Of a stretch of DNA of 64,000 nucleotides, positions 49,255-64,000 are shown in pieces. The stretch lies in contig CP086569.2 in assembly GCA_009914755.4 (NCBI GenBank), positions 12,864,001 through 12,928,000 on the forward strand, given 5' to 3'. Position numbers and translations under genes: made by a program. How positions within the stretch are numbered: position 1 is the first letter of the stretch; each line of letters begins with the position of its first letter. The notes beneath the pieces were generated by a model, which made no database searches, had not been told where the DNA came from, and worked only from the letters and a program-made list of their open reading frames with translations. The stretch comes from the human T2T-CHM13v2.0 reference genome, Homo sapiens.

Positions 49255-49590
49255 GGGAAAACATGGCCTATCAAACAAGGTTTTGAGTGGATGGGACACT
49301 TGGGAAAACATGCACAATTAAACTAGGCTTTGAGTGGATGAGGAGCCTTGGAAAAGCATGGCTGATCAACAAGGCTTTGGGTGGATGAAAAGACTTGGGA
49401 AACCATGGCTGATCGAACAAGGCTTTGAGTGGATTATGAGCCTTGGAAAAATATGGTCCATGAAACAAAGCTTTGGGTGGATGGGGAGCTTTGGGAAAAC
49501 ATATTCCATCACACAAGGCTTTGAGTGGATGAAGAGCCTTGGGAAAACATAGCCGACCAAACAAGACTTCAAGTGGATGAGACAAAGGCT
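49255..49590. repeat. 48-bp minisatellite, ~7 copies (caaggctttgagtggatgaagagccttgggaaaacatggctgatcaaa).
   Basis: Regular recurrence of ggctttg[ag]gtggatg…cttgg[ag]aaa.catg. Track ORFs 49271..49585(-) and 49334..49552(+) are periodic translations of it. Confidence 0.85.
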
Positions 49591-52502
49591 TGAATTTATT
49601 TCCTGTTCTTTAATAGCTGTGTGAATGTAGATGTCCTCTACTTAAACTTCTGTTTCTTTGTGTATATCAAGTGGGGATGACACCACTCATTTTACCAGGC
49701 CATTGGGAAAACCACAGATATATCATAATTCATAGGACAAAACTTGAAAGTTCCATTAAAAAAAGAAGAAAAACACTGAAGCTGTGTCCACTCTCTGGTA
49801 GGACAGCATAAATTATCTGAGAGAAAAATGTACCCTTTTTTTGTTTTAGGAAACATTCTATGATGCTTCCTAATTATATAAACAGAAAAAACTTCAAGGA
49901 CTACATAGTTGGAGTTTTCAGTCAAGGGGAATTACTATATGGTGTTGTCTACAGAAAGAAAGGAAGGGCTGAGGAGCCCAACTAGACAAGTAGGCACCTC
50001 AGAGAGTGAGTCACAGACTGATGATGTATCAATTGTGGCTGCAACACTGTGGCCCAAGACTGACACAGGAAATGCACTCACCTTCCATTTCTCCCACTTC
50101 TTCTCCAAAGTCCGATACCTGCCCCATTGCTGACTTCAGCAACAAGTCACCTGATAGGAGCTCTGCAGGGGACATTCTCCTTGCCATGCAGAGCTGAGGA
50201 TATACAGGAAGTAGATCAGGAAAACGGGTGCCAGGAAATCTAGTATAAAAGCCAACAATTACTTACAATGCTTGATTGAAGACATTTGTCTAGTTTCTTT
50301 TTTTATCCTTTGGGGCATTTTTTAAAATATATATATATTTTATTATACTTTCAGTTCTAGGGTACATGTGCACAATGTGCAGGTTTGTTACATAAATATA
50401 CATGTGCTATGTTGGTGTGCTGCACCCATTAACTCGTCATTTACATTGGGTATATCTCCTAATGTTATCCCTCCCCCCTCCCCCCACCCCACTACAGGCC
50501 CCGGTGTGTGATGTTCCCCTTCCTGTGTCCCAGTGTTCTCATTGTTCAATTCCCACCTATAAGTGAGAACATGCAGTGTTTGGTTTTTTTGTCCTTGTGA
50601 TAGTTTGCTGAGAATGATGGTTTCCAGCTTCATCCATGTTCCTACAAAGGACATGAACTCAACATTTTTTATGGCTGCATACTACTCCATGGTGGTGCCA
50701 CATTTTCTTAATCCAGCCTCTCATTGTTGGACATTTGGGTTGGTTCCAAGTCTTTGTTATTGTGAGCAGTGCCACAATAAACATACATGTGCATGTGTCT
50801 TTATAGCAGCATGATTTATATTCTTTGGGTATATACCTAGTAATTGGATGGCTGGGTCAAGTGCTATTTCTAGTTCTAAATCCTTGAGGAATCCCCACAC
50901 TGTCTTCCACAATGGTTGAACCAGTTTACAGTCCCACCAATAGGGTAAAAGTGTTCCTATTTCTCCACATCCTCTCCAGCACCTGTTGTTTCTTGACTTT
51001 TTAATGATTGCCATACTAAATGGTGTGAGATGATATCTTACTGTGGTTTTGATTTGCATTTCTCCGATGGCCAGTGATGACCATTTTCTGATGTGTCTTT
51101 TGGCTGCATAAATGTCTTCTTTTAGAAGTGTCTGTTCACATTCTTCGCCCACTTTTTGATGGGGTTGTTTCTTTTTTTCTTCTAAATTTGTTAGAGTTCT
51201 TTGTAGATTCTGGATATTAGCTCTTTGTCAGATGAGTAGATTGAAAAAATTTTCTGCCACTGTGTAGGTTGCCTGGTCACTCTGATGGTAATTTCTTCTG
51301 CTGTGCAGAACCTCTTTAGTTTAGTTAGATCCCATTTGTCAATTCTGGCTTCTGTTGCCATTGCTTTTGGTGTCTTAGACATGAAGTCCTTGCCCATGCC
51401 TATGTCCTGAATGGTATTGCCTGGCTTTTCTTCTAGGGTTTTTATGGTTTTAGATCTAACATGTAAGTCTTTAATCCATCTTGAATTAATTTTTGTATGA
51501 GATGTAAGGAAGGGATCCAGTTTCAGCTTTCTACATATGGCTAGCCAATTTTCCCAGCACCATTTGTTAAATAGGGAATCCTTTCCCCGTTTCTTGTTTT
51601 TGTCAGGTTTGTCAAAGATCAGATAGTGGTAGATGTGTGGTATTATTTCTGAGGGCTCTGTTCTGTTCCATAGGTCTATATCTCTGTCTTGGTACCAGTA
51701 CCATGCTGTTTCGGTTACTGTAGCCTTGTAGTATAGTTTGAAGTCAGGTAGTGTGATGCCTCCAGCTTTGTTCTTTTGGCTTAGGATTGACGTGCCAATG
51801 CGGGCTCTTTTTTAGTTCCATATGAACTTTGAAGTAGTTTTTTTCCAATTCTGTGAAGAAAGTCATTGGTAGCTTGATGGGGATGACATTGAGTCTATAA
51901 ATTACCTTGGGCAGTATGGCCATTTTCCTGATATTGATTCTTCCTACCCGTGAGCATGGAAAGTTCTTCCACTTGTTTGTGTCCTCTTTCATTTCATTGA
52001 GCAGTGGTTTGTAGTTCTCCTTGAAGAAGTCCTTCACATCCCTTGTAAGTTGGATTCCTACATATTTTATTCTCTTTGAAGCAGTTGTGAATGGGAGTTC
52101 ACTCATGATTTGGCTGTCTCTCTGTTATTGGTGTATAAGAATGCTTGTGATTTTTGCACATTAATTTTGTATCCTGAGACTCTGCTGAAATTGCTTATCA
52201 GCTTAAGGAGATTTTGGGCTGAGATGATGGGGTTTTCCAGAAATACAATCATGTAATCTGCAAATAGGGACAATTTGACTACCTTTTTTCCTAAGTGAAT
52301 ACCCTCTATTTCTTTCTCCTGCCTGATTGCTCTGGCCAGAAATTCCAACACTATGTTGAACAAAAGTGGTGAGAGTGGGCATCCCTGTTTTGTGCCAGTT
52401 TTCCAAGGCAATGCTTCCAGTTTTTGCGCATTCAGTATGATATTGGCTATGGGTTTGTCATAAATAGCTCTATTATTTTGAGATACGTCCCATCAATACC
52501 TA

Positions 52503-52982
<480 letters not shown>

Positions 52983-54431
52983 CTAAATTTCAGAGCCTTT
53001 TATTGGTCTATTCAGAGATTCAACTTCTTCCTGGTTTAGACTTTGGAGGGTGTATGTGTCGAGTAATTTATCCATTTCTTCTAGATTTTCTAGTTTATTT
53101 TCATTGAGGTGTTTATATTATTCTCTGATGGTAGTTTGTATTTCTGTGGGATCGGTGGTGATATCCCCTTTATCATTTTTTATTGGGTCTATTAGATTCT
53201 TTTCTCTTTTCTTCCTTTTTAGTCTTGCTAGTGGTCTATCAATTTTGTTGATCTTTTCAAAAAACTAGCACCTGGATTCATTGATTTTTTGAAGGGGTTT
53301 TGTGTCTCTATCTCCTTCAGTTCTGCTCTGATCTTAGTTATTTCTTGCCTTCTGCTAGCTTTTGAATGTGTTTGGTCTTGCTTTTCTAGTTCTTTTAATT
53401 GTGATATTAGGGTGTCAATTTTGGGTCTTTCGTGCTTTCTCTTGTGGGCATTTAGTGCTAGAAATTTCCCTCTACACACTGCTTTGAATGAGTCCCAGAG
53501 ATTCTGGTATGTTGTGTCTTTGTTCTAGCTGGTTTCAAAGAACATCTTTATTTCTGGTTTTATATCCTTATGTATCCAATAGTCATTCAGGAGCAGGTTG
53601 TTCAGTTTCCACGTATTTGAGTGTTTTTCAGTGGGTTTCCTAATCCTGAGGTCTAATTTGATTGCACTGTGGTCTGAGAGACCACTTGTTATAATTTCTG
53701 TTCTTTTGTATTTGCTGAGGAGTGCTGTACTTCCAACTACGTTGTCAATTTTGGAATAGGTGCAGCATGGTGCTGAGAAGAATGTATATTCTGTTGATTT
53801 GGGGTGGAGATTTCTGTAGATGTCTATTAGGTCCACTGGGTGCAGAGCTGAATTTACTTCCTGGATATCCTTGTTACCTTTCTCTTTCATTGATCTGTCT
53901 ATTGTTGACAGTGGAGTGTTAAAGTCTCCCATTATTATTGTGTGGGAGTCTAAGTCTCTTTTTCAGTTCACTAAGGACTTGCTTTATGAATCTGGGTGCT
54001 CCTGTATTGGGTGCATATATATTTAGGATAGTTAGCTCTTCTTGTTGAATTGATCCCTTTATCATTATGTAATGGCCTGCTTTGTCTCTTTTGATCTTTG
54101 TTGATTTAAAGTCCGTTTTATCAGAGACTAGCATTGCAAGCTATGCCTTTTTTTGTTTTCCATTTTCTTGGTAGATCTTCCTCCATCCCTTTATTTTGAG
54201 CCTATGTGTGTCTCTGCACGTGAGATGGGTTTCCTGAATACAACACAATGATTGGTCTTGACTCTTTATCCAATTTGCCAGTCTGTGTCTTTTAATTGGA
54301 ACATTTAGCCCATTTTCATTTAACGTTAATATTGTTATGTGTGAATTTGATCCTGTCATTGTGATGTTAGCTGGTTATTTTGCTCAGTAGTTGATGCAGT
54401 TTCTTCCTAGCATCAATGGTGTTTACAATCA

Positions 54432-56575
<2,144 letters not shown>

Positions 56576-57165
56576 ATATTAGCCCCCACTCTCTTCTGTC
56601 TTGCAGAGATTCTGCTGACAGATCAGCTTTTAGTCTGATGGGCTTCCCTTTGTGGGCAACCCGACCTTTCTCTCTGGCTGCCCTTAACATTTTTTCTTTC
56701 ATTTCAGCTTTGGTGAATCTGACAATTATGTGTCTTGGAGTTGCTCTTCTCGAGGAGTATCTTTGTGGCACTCTCTGTATTTCCCAAATGTGAATGTTGG
56801 CCTGCCTTGCTAGATTGGGGAAGTTCTCCTGGGTGATATCCTGCAGAGTGTTTTCCAACTTGGTTCCATTCTCCCTGTCACTTTCAGTTACACCAATTAG
56901 ACATAGATTTGTTCTTTCACGTAGCCCCATATTTCTTGGAGTCTTTTTCATTTATTTAATTCTTTTTTCTCTAAACTTCTCTTCTCACTTCATTTCATTC
57001 ATTTGATCTTCAATCACTGATACCCTTTCTTCCAGTTGACTGAAACAGGTACTGAAGCTTGTGCATTCATCATGTAATTCTGGTCCCGTGGTTTTCAGCT
57101 CCATCAGGTTCTTTAAGGACTTCTCTGCATTGGTTATTCTAGTTAGCCATTTGTCTAATCTTTTT

Positions 57166-57470
57166 TTTTTCTTTTTTATTATTATTATACGTTAAGTTTT
57201 AGGGTACATGTGCACAATGTGCAGGTTAGTTACATATGTATACATGTGCCATGCTGGTGTGCTGCACCCATTAACTCGTCATTTAGCATTAGATATATCT
57301 CCTAATGCTATCCCTCCCCGCTCCCCCCACCCCACAACAGCCCCCATAGTGTGATGTTTCCCTCCTGTGTCCATGTGTTCTCATTGTTCAATTCCCATCT
57401 ATGAATGAGAACATGTGGTGTTTGGTTTTTTGTCCTTGCGATATTTTACTGAGAATGATGATGTCTAATC
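57166..57470 (-). mobile_element. 5'-truncated L1PA 3'-end fragment (~300 bp), nested in the ORF1 region of the host L1. TSD is GTCTAATCTTTTTT.
   Basis: Poly-T followed by ttattattatacgttaagttttagggtacatgtgcacaatgtgcagg…gaatgagaacatgtggtgtttgg. Direct repeats gtctaatctttttt at 57152-57165 and 57459-57472 interrupt the host L1 sequence ccatttgtctaatc…ttttcaaggttgttaacttctttgc. Confidence 0.8.
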
Positions 57471-60400
57471 TTTTTTCAAGGTTGTTAACTTCTTTGCAAT
57501 GGGTTCGAACTTCCTCCTTTAGCTTCGAGAAGTTTGATGATCTGACGTCTTCTTCTCTCAACTCATCAGAGTCATTCTCCATCCAGCTTTGTTCCATTGC
57601 TGGTGAGGAGCTGCGTTCCTTTGGAGGAGGAGAGGTGCTCTTGATTTGTAGAATTTTCAGTTTTTCTGTTCTATTTCTTCCCCATGTTTGTGGTTTTATC
57701 TACCTTTAGTCTTTGGTGATGGTGACGTACAGATGGGGTTTTGGTGTGGATGTCCTTTCTGTTTGTTAGTTTTCCTTCTAACAGTCAGGGCCCTCAGCTG
57801 CAGGTCTGTTACAGTTTGCTGGAGGTCCACTCCACACCCTGTTTACCTGGGTATCAGCAGAGTAGGCTGCAGAACAGGGAATATTGCTGAACAGCAAATG
57901 TTACTATCTGATCATTCCTCTGGAGGATTTGTCTCAGAGGCGTACACAGACGTGTGAGATGTCAGTCTACCACTACTTGGGAATGCTTCCCCCATAGGCT
58001 ACTGGGGGGTCAGGGACCCATTTGAGGAGGCAGTTTGTCCATTCTCAGATCTCAAACTCTATGCTGGGAGAGCCTCTAATCTCTTCAAAGCTGTCAAACA
58101 GGGACATTTAAGTCTGCAGAGGTTTCTGCTGCCTTTTGTTTGGCTATGCCCTGCCCCCAGAGGTGGAGTCTACAGAAGCAGGCAGGCCTCCTTGAGCTGC
58201 AGTGGGCTCCACCCAGTTTGAGCTTCCTGGCCACTTTGCTTACTTACTCAAGCCTCAGCTATGGTGGGCACTCCTCCCCCAGCCTCAGTGCCACCTTGCT
58301 GTTTGATCTCAGACTGCTGTGCTAGCAATGAGCAAGGTTCTGTGTATGTGAGCCCCTCTGAGCCATGCTTGGGATATAATCTCCTGGTGTGCCTTTTGCT
58401 AAGACCATTCGAAAAGTGCAGTACTAGGGTGGGAGTGACCTGATTTTCCACGTACTGTCTGTCACAGCTTTGCTTGGCTATGAAAGGGAATTCCCTGACC
58501 TCTTGCACTTTCTGGGTGAGGCGATGTTTCACCCTGCTTTGGTTCACCCTTGGTGTGCTGCACCCACTGTCCTGCACCCACTGACAGACAAGCCCCAGTG
58601 AGATGAACACAGTACCTCAGTTGGAAATGCAGAAATCACCTATCTTCTCTGTCACTCACGCTGGGAGCTACAGACTGGAGCTGTTCCTATTCAGCCATGT
58701 TGGAACCACACCATCTAGTTTCTTCAATGCTGTGCGTATATTGACCTAGCCAGTGCCTGATCATGGGTAGATACTAAAAAAAGTATTGGGTGGCTATAAT
58801 AAAGGTATGTCAATTTTCTCTTGGGCTGGGAGATGACTCTGAAGTGACTTCATTTTGTCTTCTTCTGGGGAAGGGCTTGGGTTCTGAGCTTCATGGCAGT
58901 AATAAGGATTACATGGACTACTATATTTAAAATTCCTTCTAAACTTTTTCCCATTTCTGCTCAATTTTCATTCTCCAATATTTGCAAAACTTAAAGTTCC
59001 ATGACACAAAGCAACCTTGGGTTGGTGGTGTGTTGGGGCATGAAGAAAGATCTGCTTTCTCTTCTGTTGATGAAGACTTTGAAAGGGAAGAACAACAACC
59101 TTAGTAAACATAATAGAAAGATCTGAGAGATTATCAAAATCCAGATGAAGAAGGTAAACAGTGCCTGTGGACCATTTGAAGTACTGGGAAGGACCGTAAA
59201 TCTGCTTGACACTCAACTTGACTCAGAGTATGCAGTCATTTAGTTAAGGGTAGTCCCTGGAAGGCTGGAAAAACTGGAAATCCTTAGATTGGAGTATAAA
59301 ACCTTTATTTCATGTCTTCCACATAAAGGGGTCTCATAAATAAGGATGCTCCTTTCCCACTGTAATTTTTTCTTTGATTCCAGGAAAGCATCCACTGCCA
59401 TTTAACCCAATATTATGCTTATCTGCTGGATATCTTCAGGGATACATGTTTTTAGGTTTTTGTGATACTCATAGAATGCCATAAGGATAAGAAATGATTC
59501 CTGCCATTATTCTGTCTCCCTTCCCACCTGAAACCCACTCAAATGAACTATGGTATGGTAAGAAAAGCAAGGGTTATCTTCATATGGGCTTTTCACAGTA
59601 TCCCAATTCTGTGCGCATGTGGGCAAACGAGTAGAAACATATGCAAATATCCATGGTATTGTCTAAGCTTTTTATGACCAAGTGATTTTTGAGAACAATG
59701 TGGAAATTCTATGTATTCCTTTACCCTTTATATCTGTTGTATGGTACTGTCACTGTTTATTTTCTTTATACTCCAATGTCTTTTTTCTTCCCCTCCTTTT
59801 ACTTACCCAATTTTCTTCTTTTTCTATCTTCAAACCATTCTTTTCTCTCTTCACTCATGAATCCCTCTATCTTCAACTATAACTTTTATATATTGAAGGA
59901 TTTTAGTTATGTTTCTAACTTTTTCCTGAGTTCTGTTTCTGCTTGATTTTCTGCAACTTGCTGCCTCTCTCTCTCTCTATTCACTATCATCTTCCACTGT
60001 GTTCCAAACTGCATTCACCATCTGACACAAATTAGATCATGTTCCCAATGAGCTGCTTTCTCAGATAAGGAGGAAATTAAACAGATTCACTCATGACCAT
60101 ATAAAATGTTTAGACCAGTGAAATTAAGCAGACATGATGTAAATTTTATCCAAGCAGAAGACTCAAGACATTCTTTAACCCTGTACCTCCGGCTGTCCAC
60201 CATGAGGACAGCATGAAATGCTTCTTTGGCTTCCAAATAGGAATCCAGCACGGCTGAACCCAGCAGAGCCCAACTGAGCTGTAGTTGACCTGTAGCCATC
60301 TTTTCACACAGGCACATTTATTGTTGAATTGGAGCTATTTGTTACTGAAGCAGAAGCTGAAATATACACCATCTTTCTTCCAAATTTAGCTTTTCCTTCT

Positions 60401-60885
60401 TTGATATTTCTGTTAATGCCACCACGTCTTTCAGTTCATAAACCTAAACTTTTTTGTGACATTTACTCTCTCTTGCTTTCCTTTCAATCACTCACCAAGA
60501 TATTTTGAGATGCCTTTGTAACATTGACTTTATCCTTCTATTTTTCCCTATTACTTGTCTATCACTGCCCTGGTGCTGATACCAAATTTGAGATCTCACT
60601 TGGATTATTGCTGATTTTGTCTACTAAACTCTTCACCTTAATGCATTCAACACACAATACCACTAAGCTAGTCTTCTGCTGTAGAATTCCAGCTATGCTA
60701 CTTCAGTGAAAAATCCTCAGATTGGATCTTCAAATTTACACAATTAACTCCACACTTTGGATTAGTAATCAAGGGCTTTGACTACTTTTCAAGTCTTCCA
60801 TTTCATTTTTTACTCCATGTTTTAACACAAGGATTCTTATTGTCAACCAACAATTTGCAACCCTCTATCAAAGACTTTTCTCACC

Positions 60886-60962
60886 ATCACTATCATCTTC
60901 ATCATCATCACAACCATCACCATCATCACCATCATCATTGATATCATCATCATCATCCTGTT
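60886..60962. repeat. (ATC)n/(CAT)n-type trinucleotide microsatellite (catcatcac… variants), ~75 bp.
   Basis: caccatcactatcatcttcatcatcatcacaaccatcaccatcatcaccatcatcattgatatcatcatcatcatcc. Confidence 0.85.
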
Positions 60963-63900
60963 TATCAACTGCAAGGTCACTCCTCTTACTCCTCTCTCCC
61001 TTTCACCACCACACTTTCAGGCCATGCAGGCTTAGATGGACATCAGTCGAGGTAAAATTTTGCAAAAGCTTCCCTTTGGAAATAAAGCTTTGCCTCTTTG
61101 AAAATCATAGAGCTTGTAAAAGATTTCTTTGTGTTTCTTGCTGTCACCTTGCTCACAGAATTCAGTCAACATTTACTGATATGTAGCATGAGATAAGCAC
61201 TGAGTGAGACAGTGTAATGAAAAGTGAATTGCATGGGATTCCTATATCCCAGTGAACTTACAATACATATACAGACATTAATTGTAACATGATAAGAAAA
61301 GCATCAGAGGATGTATGTACAAGGGATAAAAGTTATGAAAACAATTAGAAGAGAATTATCAGTTGTTGAAAAATATTTAAAAAATGGTACTTGTTTGTTT
61401 ATTTTCTTTTTTTGAAAGTTTATTTTATTAATATATTTTTTAGAAATTGGGTATGGGGAGAGTATCCCAGGATCAGTGAGCAGCTATGTGTATAACTCTC
61501 AGATGCATCATTTTCTATCTCCTGTCTTCATTCCTTCTCACATTTATGGCCTTTGACTTTTCTCTGATGGTGATTTAAAAGTTAATGTTCCCTGTTATAT
61601 TACTTTCCCCTACATTCCTGACTTACTCCCTCTAGAGTTCTCAAAAACTGCCTTTGCTCATTATATAGGTCACCCAAATGACTCAGGCCCTCCCTCTGGG
61701 AGGTTGCCCTTCTCTGAAACATCCCAGTAGAACGATTTAGGTACTCTCCCAAAGATTATAGAAAGCCCAAAGCTACTTCCTATTGTGAGGTGCTTCAGTG
61801 GGAGAAAGGTGAATAATTGTTATCATAGCCACTGGGTTGCAATGTGCCTCTTCTTGTTTCAATCTCCAGCTTCTGGCAAAATTCTCCATCAACTCTACCT
61901 GCCGAAGTATGACCTTGGAAGCCTTCTGTCTCAAAGATTGGCTAAATTTGTCCCAATCTCAAATTCATCTTCTCTCCTTCATCTTCCAAATTCAATACTG
62001 ATGATAATAATTGGTATCTATCTAGAGTCTTGACAGCCTTGGCCAGTTTCCATATATTACTTATTTGATTATCACAACCACCCTGCAAAGTTAGTGCCAA
62101 TACCACTGCTCCCATTTTACATAGTAGGAAGTTGAGGCACAGTGAGTTTGAACAGCTTGCCTTTGGTCATTCAGTTCTAAGATGGCAGAATTACTATTCC
62201 ATCTTCTTACCTTCCTAATGAGAACTTTAGAAAGTCTGTGCTTTATATTCATGTTCCTCTTCTATCGTATGAGAACTTCAAAATCTAGGAAATTCCTGCT
62301 CTACTTTGCATTATCTTAACCTCTGTACAACCTCATCACGTGAACATGGAACAGAACATAATGAAAGTCAATATCATACAGGATGGGGCATATGAGGACA
62401 ATAAAACTTCAAATATCACCACTCCTTAAGGCAATGGAAATGTCAAACCCTGATAAATCTCTTCACCAGTGGTTCTTAATTTTGGATGCACTTTGAAATC
62501 ATTGAAGGGTTTAAGAAATTTGATGTCGATAACATCTCTCTCTTCCCATTACCCCACTGTTAGGAATTCAAATTCAATTAGTTTAGGGAATGTTTGGGGT
62601 GTTGGTATTTGTGCAAGCTCCCTGTGATTCTAATAATCAGCCAAGATTGAGAACTTCTGTTCTAGCTTGCATCTCTGTAGACTTCACTCTACTTCCTTAC
62701 TTTCATTCTAAGAACTTTAGATCCAATCTTGCTTGAAGCTCCAACCTTTTATTCCTTCAGCTGTTAGCTGTCAACTCTGATTTCCAATCACTATGCTGAG
62801 CTGAGCCATCAACATCCTTACTTTGCCTGAACCTCTTCCATGCACACCAGCATGGGTCATATGCCACCCTTTGCAAAGTCAAAAAGGCTCATTGACATTT
62901 TAGTTTACTTGCCCAAAAGAACAATTTTCTTTCTAAATGGAATTATTTGCCACCTTAGTGCACTGGTTTAAATGGTATTTTTCCTTCTAAAGTGAAACTA
63001 GCCTGAGAATATATGTCATTTCAGCCATTTGAAAAATAGTTATTAGTCTGGGATAAGTAGATAGAATATATAGTATATAATAAAAACATATAAATATAAA
63101 ATGTAAGTATAAAGTTATACACATGTGTATGAGTGTGTGTGTGTATGAATAGATTCAAGATTGAGGGACTCATTTTTGAGACTACTATTAAATCCATTGT
63201 AAAATAACCTGCTAAATCCTTTATTACACCAACACCGAAATCTCACACTGTACTTACTACTGCCTATTTTAGTGCACACCATAAAAATAGCATACCTGGC
63301 ACCTTTAGCATTCATTAAACCCAGTTAAAGGATTTCATCTGAGCACGCATGTCATCTGTTTATAAAAAGCTTCCTAGGTGTAAAAGGGAATACCACACTC
63401 CTGAATATTATCCAACTTGTCGGACACATCTTAATGTAGCCTGAATTATTCACTCTTATTTTAAAAGTCTTTTTCTATTTCTCTTTGGAAGTTATGAAAT
63501 AACAGATGCAGAAATGAAGAGATGGGATTCCAAGTGGAGAGATGGATAACCCAAACAGTCACATGTAGGAGGGAAAACATAATTTGGGGGACATTTTCAA
63601 GCACAAATAATAAATTAAAAAGAAATCTTAGTTTTTTGTTTGACACATTCCTCCCTTTTGAGTGCACAAGAAAACATGCGTTAAAGAAGCAGTTTGCCAT
63701 AATGTAGCCTGGACCTACATCTGACTCCCAGTTATTGAATTGCCCATTTACTTGACCTGCAACATCAATGGCAATGCAACTGCTCTGAGGCAGAGGTGGC
63801 TACCTGTCCACCAAGCACCATGCACTGCCTGCCATATTGAATGTAAATCCTGAGGTAAAGACTACATTTCCCATGCTTCCTTGCACTGAGGTGGTATCTT

Positions 63901-64000
63901 GTGATGAATTCCCACCAATTAAGTGATATGATAAATTCCTGCCAGTGGAGTGTTGTGATGAATTCCCACAAATGCTGTGTGTTCTTTCCAGGCTCAGGAG

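Noticed and set aside
49271-49585. Plus- and minus-strand ORFs with periodic KALF...PKAL and GFEWMKSLGK peptides
   Set aside because: These are a translation of the 48-bp minisatellite. There is no start context or splice signals.

Overview
This window looks like primate (human-like) genomic DNA: Alu, L1PA, MaLR-type LTR fragments and GATA/TATC microsatellites are all present. There are no prokaryotic-style features, RNA genes or CRISPR arrays.

The one gene-like locus is a multi-exon, intron-containing copy of the MXRA5 (matrix-remodelling-associated 5 / adlican) family on the + strand, running from about 104 to 31525.
- Exon 1 (about 104-295) encodes the signal peptide and a Cys-rich LRR N-terminal cap.
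- A very large exon (10980-15937) encodes Ig-like C2 domains and a long Ser/Thr/Pro-rich linker.
- A ~1 kb Ig exon lies at 21812-22797.
- A terminal ~1.9 kb Ig exon (28417-30323) ends in TGA, followed by a ~1.2 kb 3'UTR with AATAAA near 31498.

The copy carries several disabling lesions:
- A 1-bp frameshift near 12338.
- An in-frame TAG at 22297-22299 inside an Ig domain.
- A 21-bp coding VNTR expanded to about 5 copies, followed by a +1 frameshift near 22648.
- A conceptual exon-exon junction that reads TGA.

I therefore call it an unprocessed pseudogene. From memory this is consistent with the known Y-linked MXRA5 pseudogene, but that is inference only.

The rest of the window is repeat-dominated:
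- Two roughly full-length but ORF-broken L1PA elements (31546-37402 and about 40480-46531), each with target-site duplications. The first sits immediately after the pseudogene poly(A) site.
- A complex L1 nest at 50338-58700 containing a twin-primed (5'-inverted) L1 and a further nested L1 3' fragment.
- About 8 Alu elements. One has its A-rich linker expanded into a ~350-bp (TTC/GAA)n tract; another has a (CAAA)n tract.
- A ~1.8 kb AT-rich satellite/palindromic block (8700-10545).
- Tandem arrays of a composite unit ('unique' module + GATA tract) present in both orientations.
- 48-bp and 60-bp minisatellites.

Coordinates are hand-derived and may be off by 1-2 nt.
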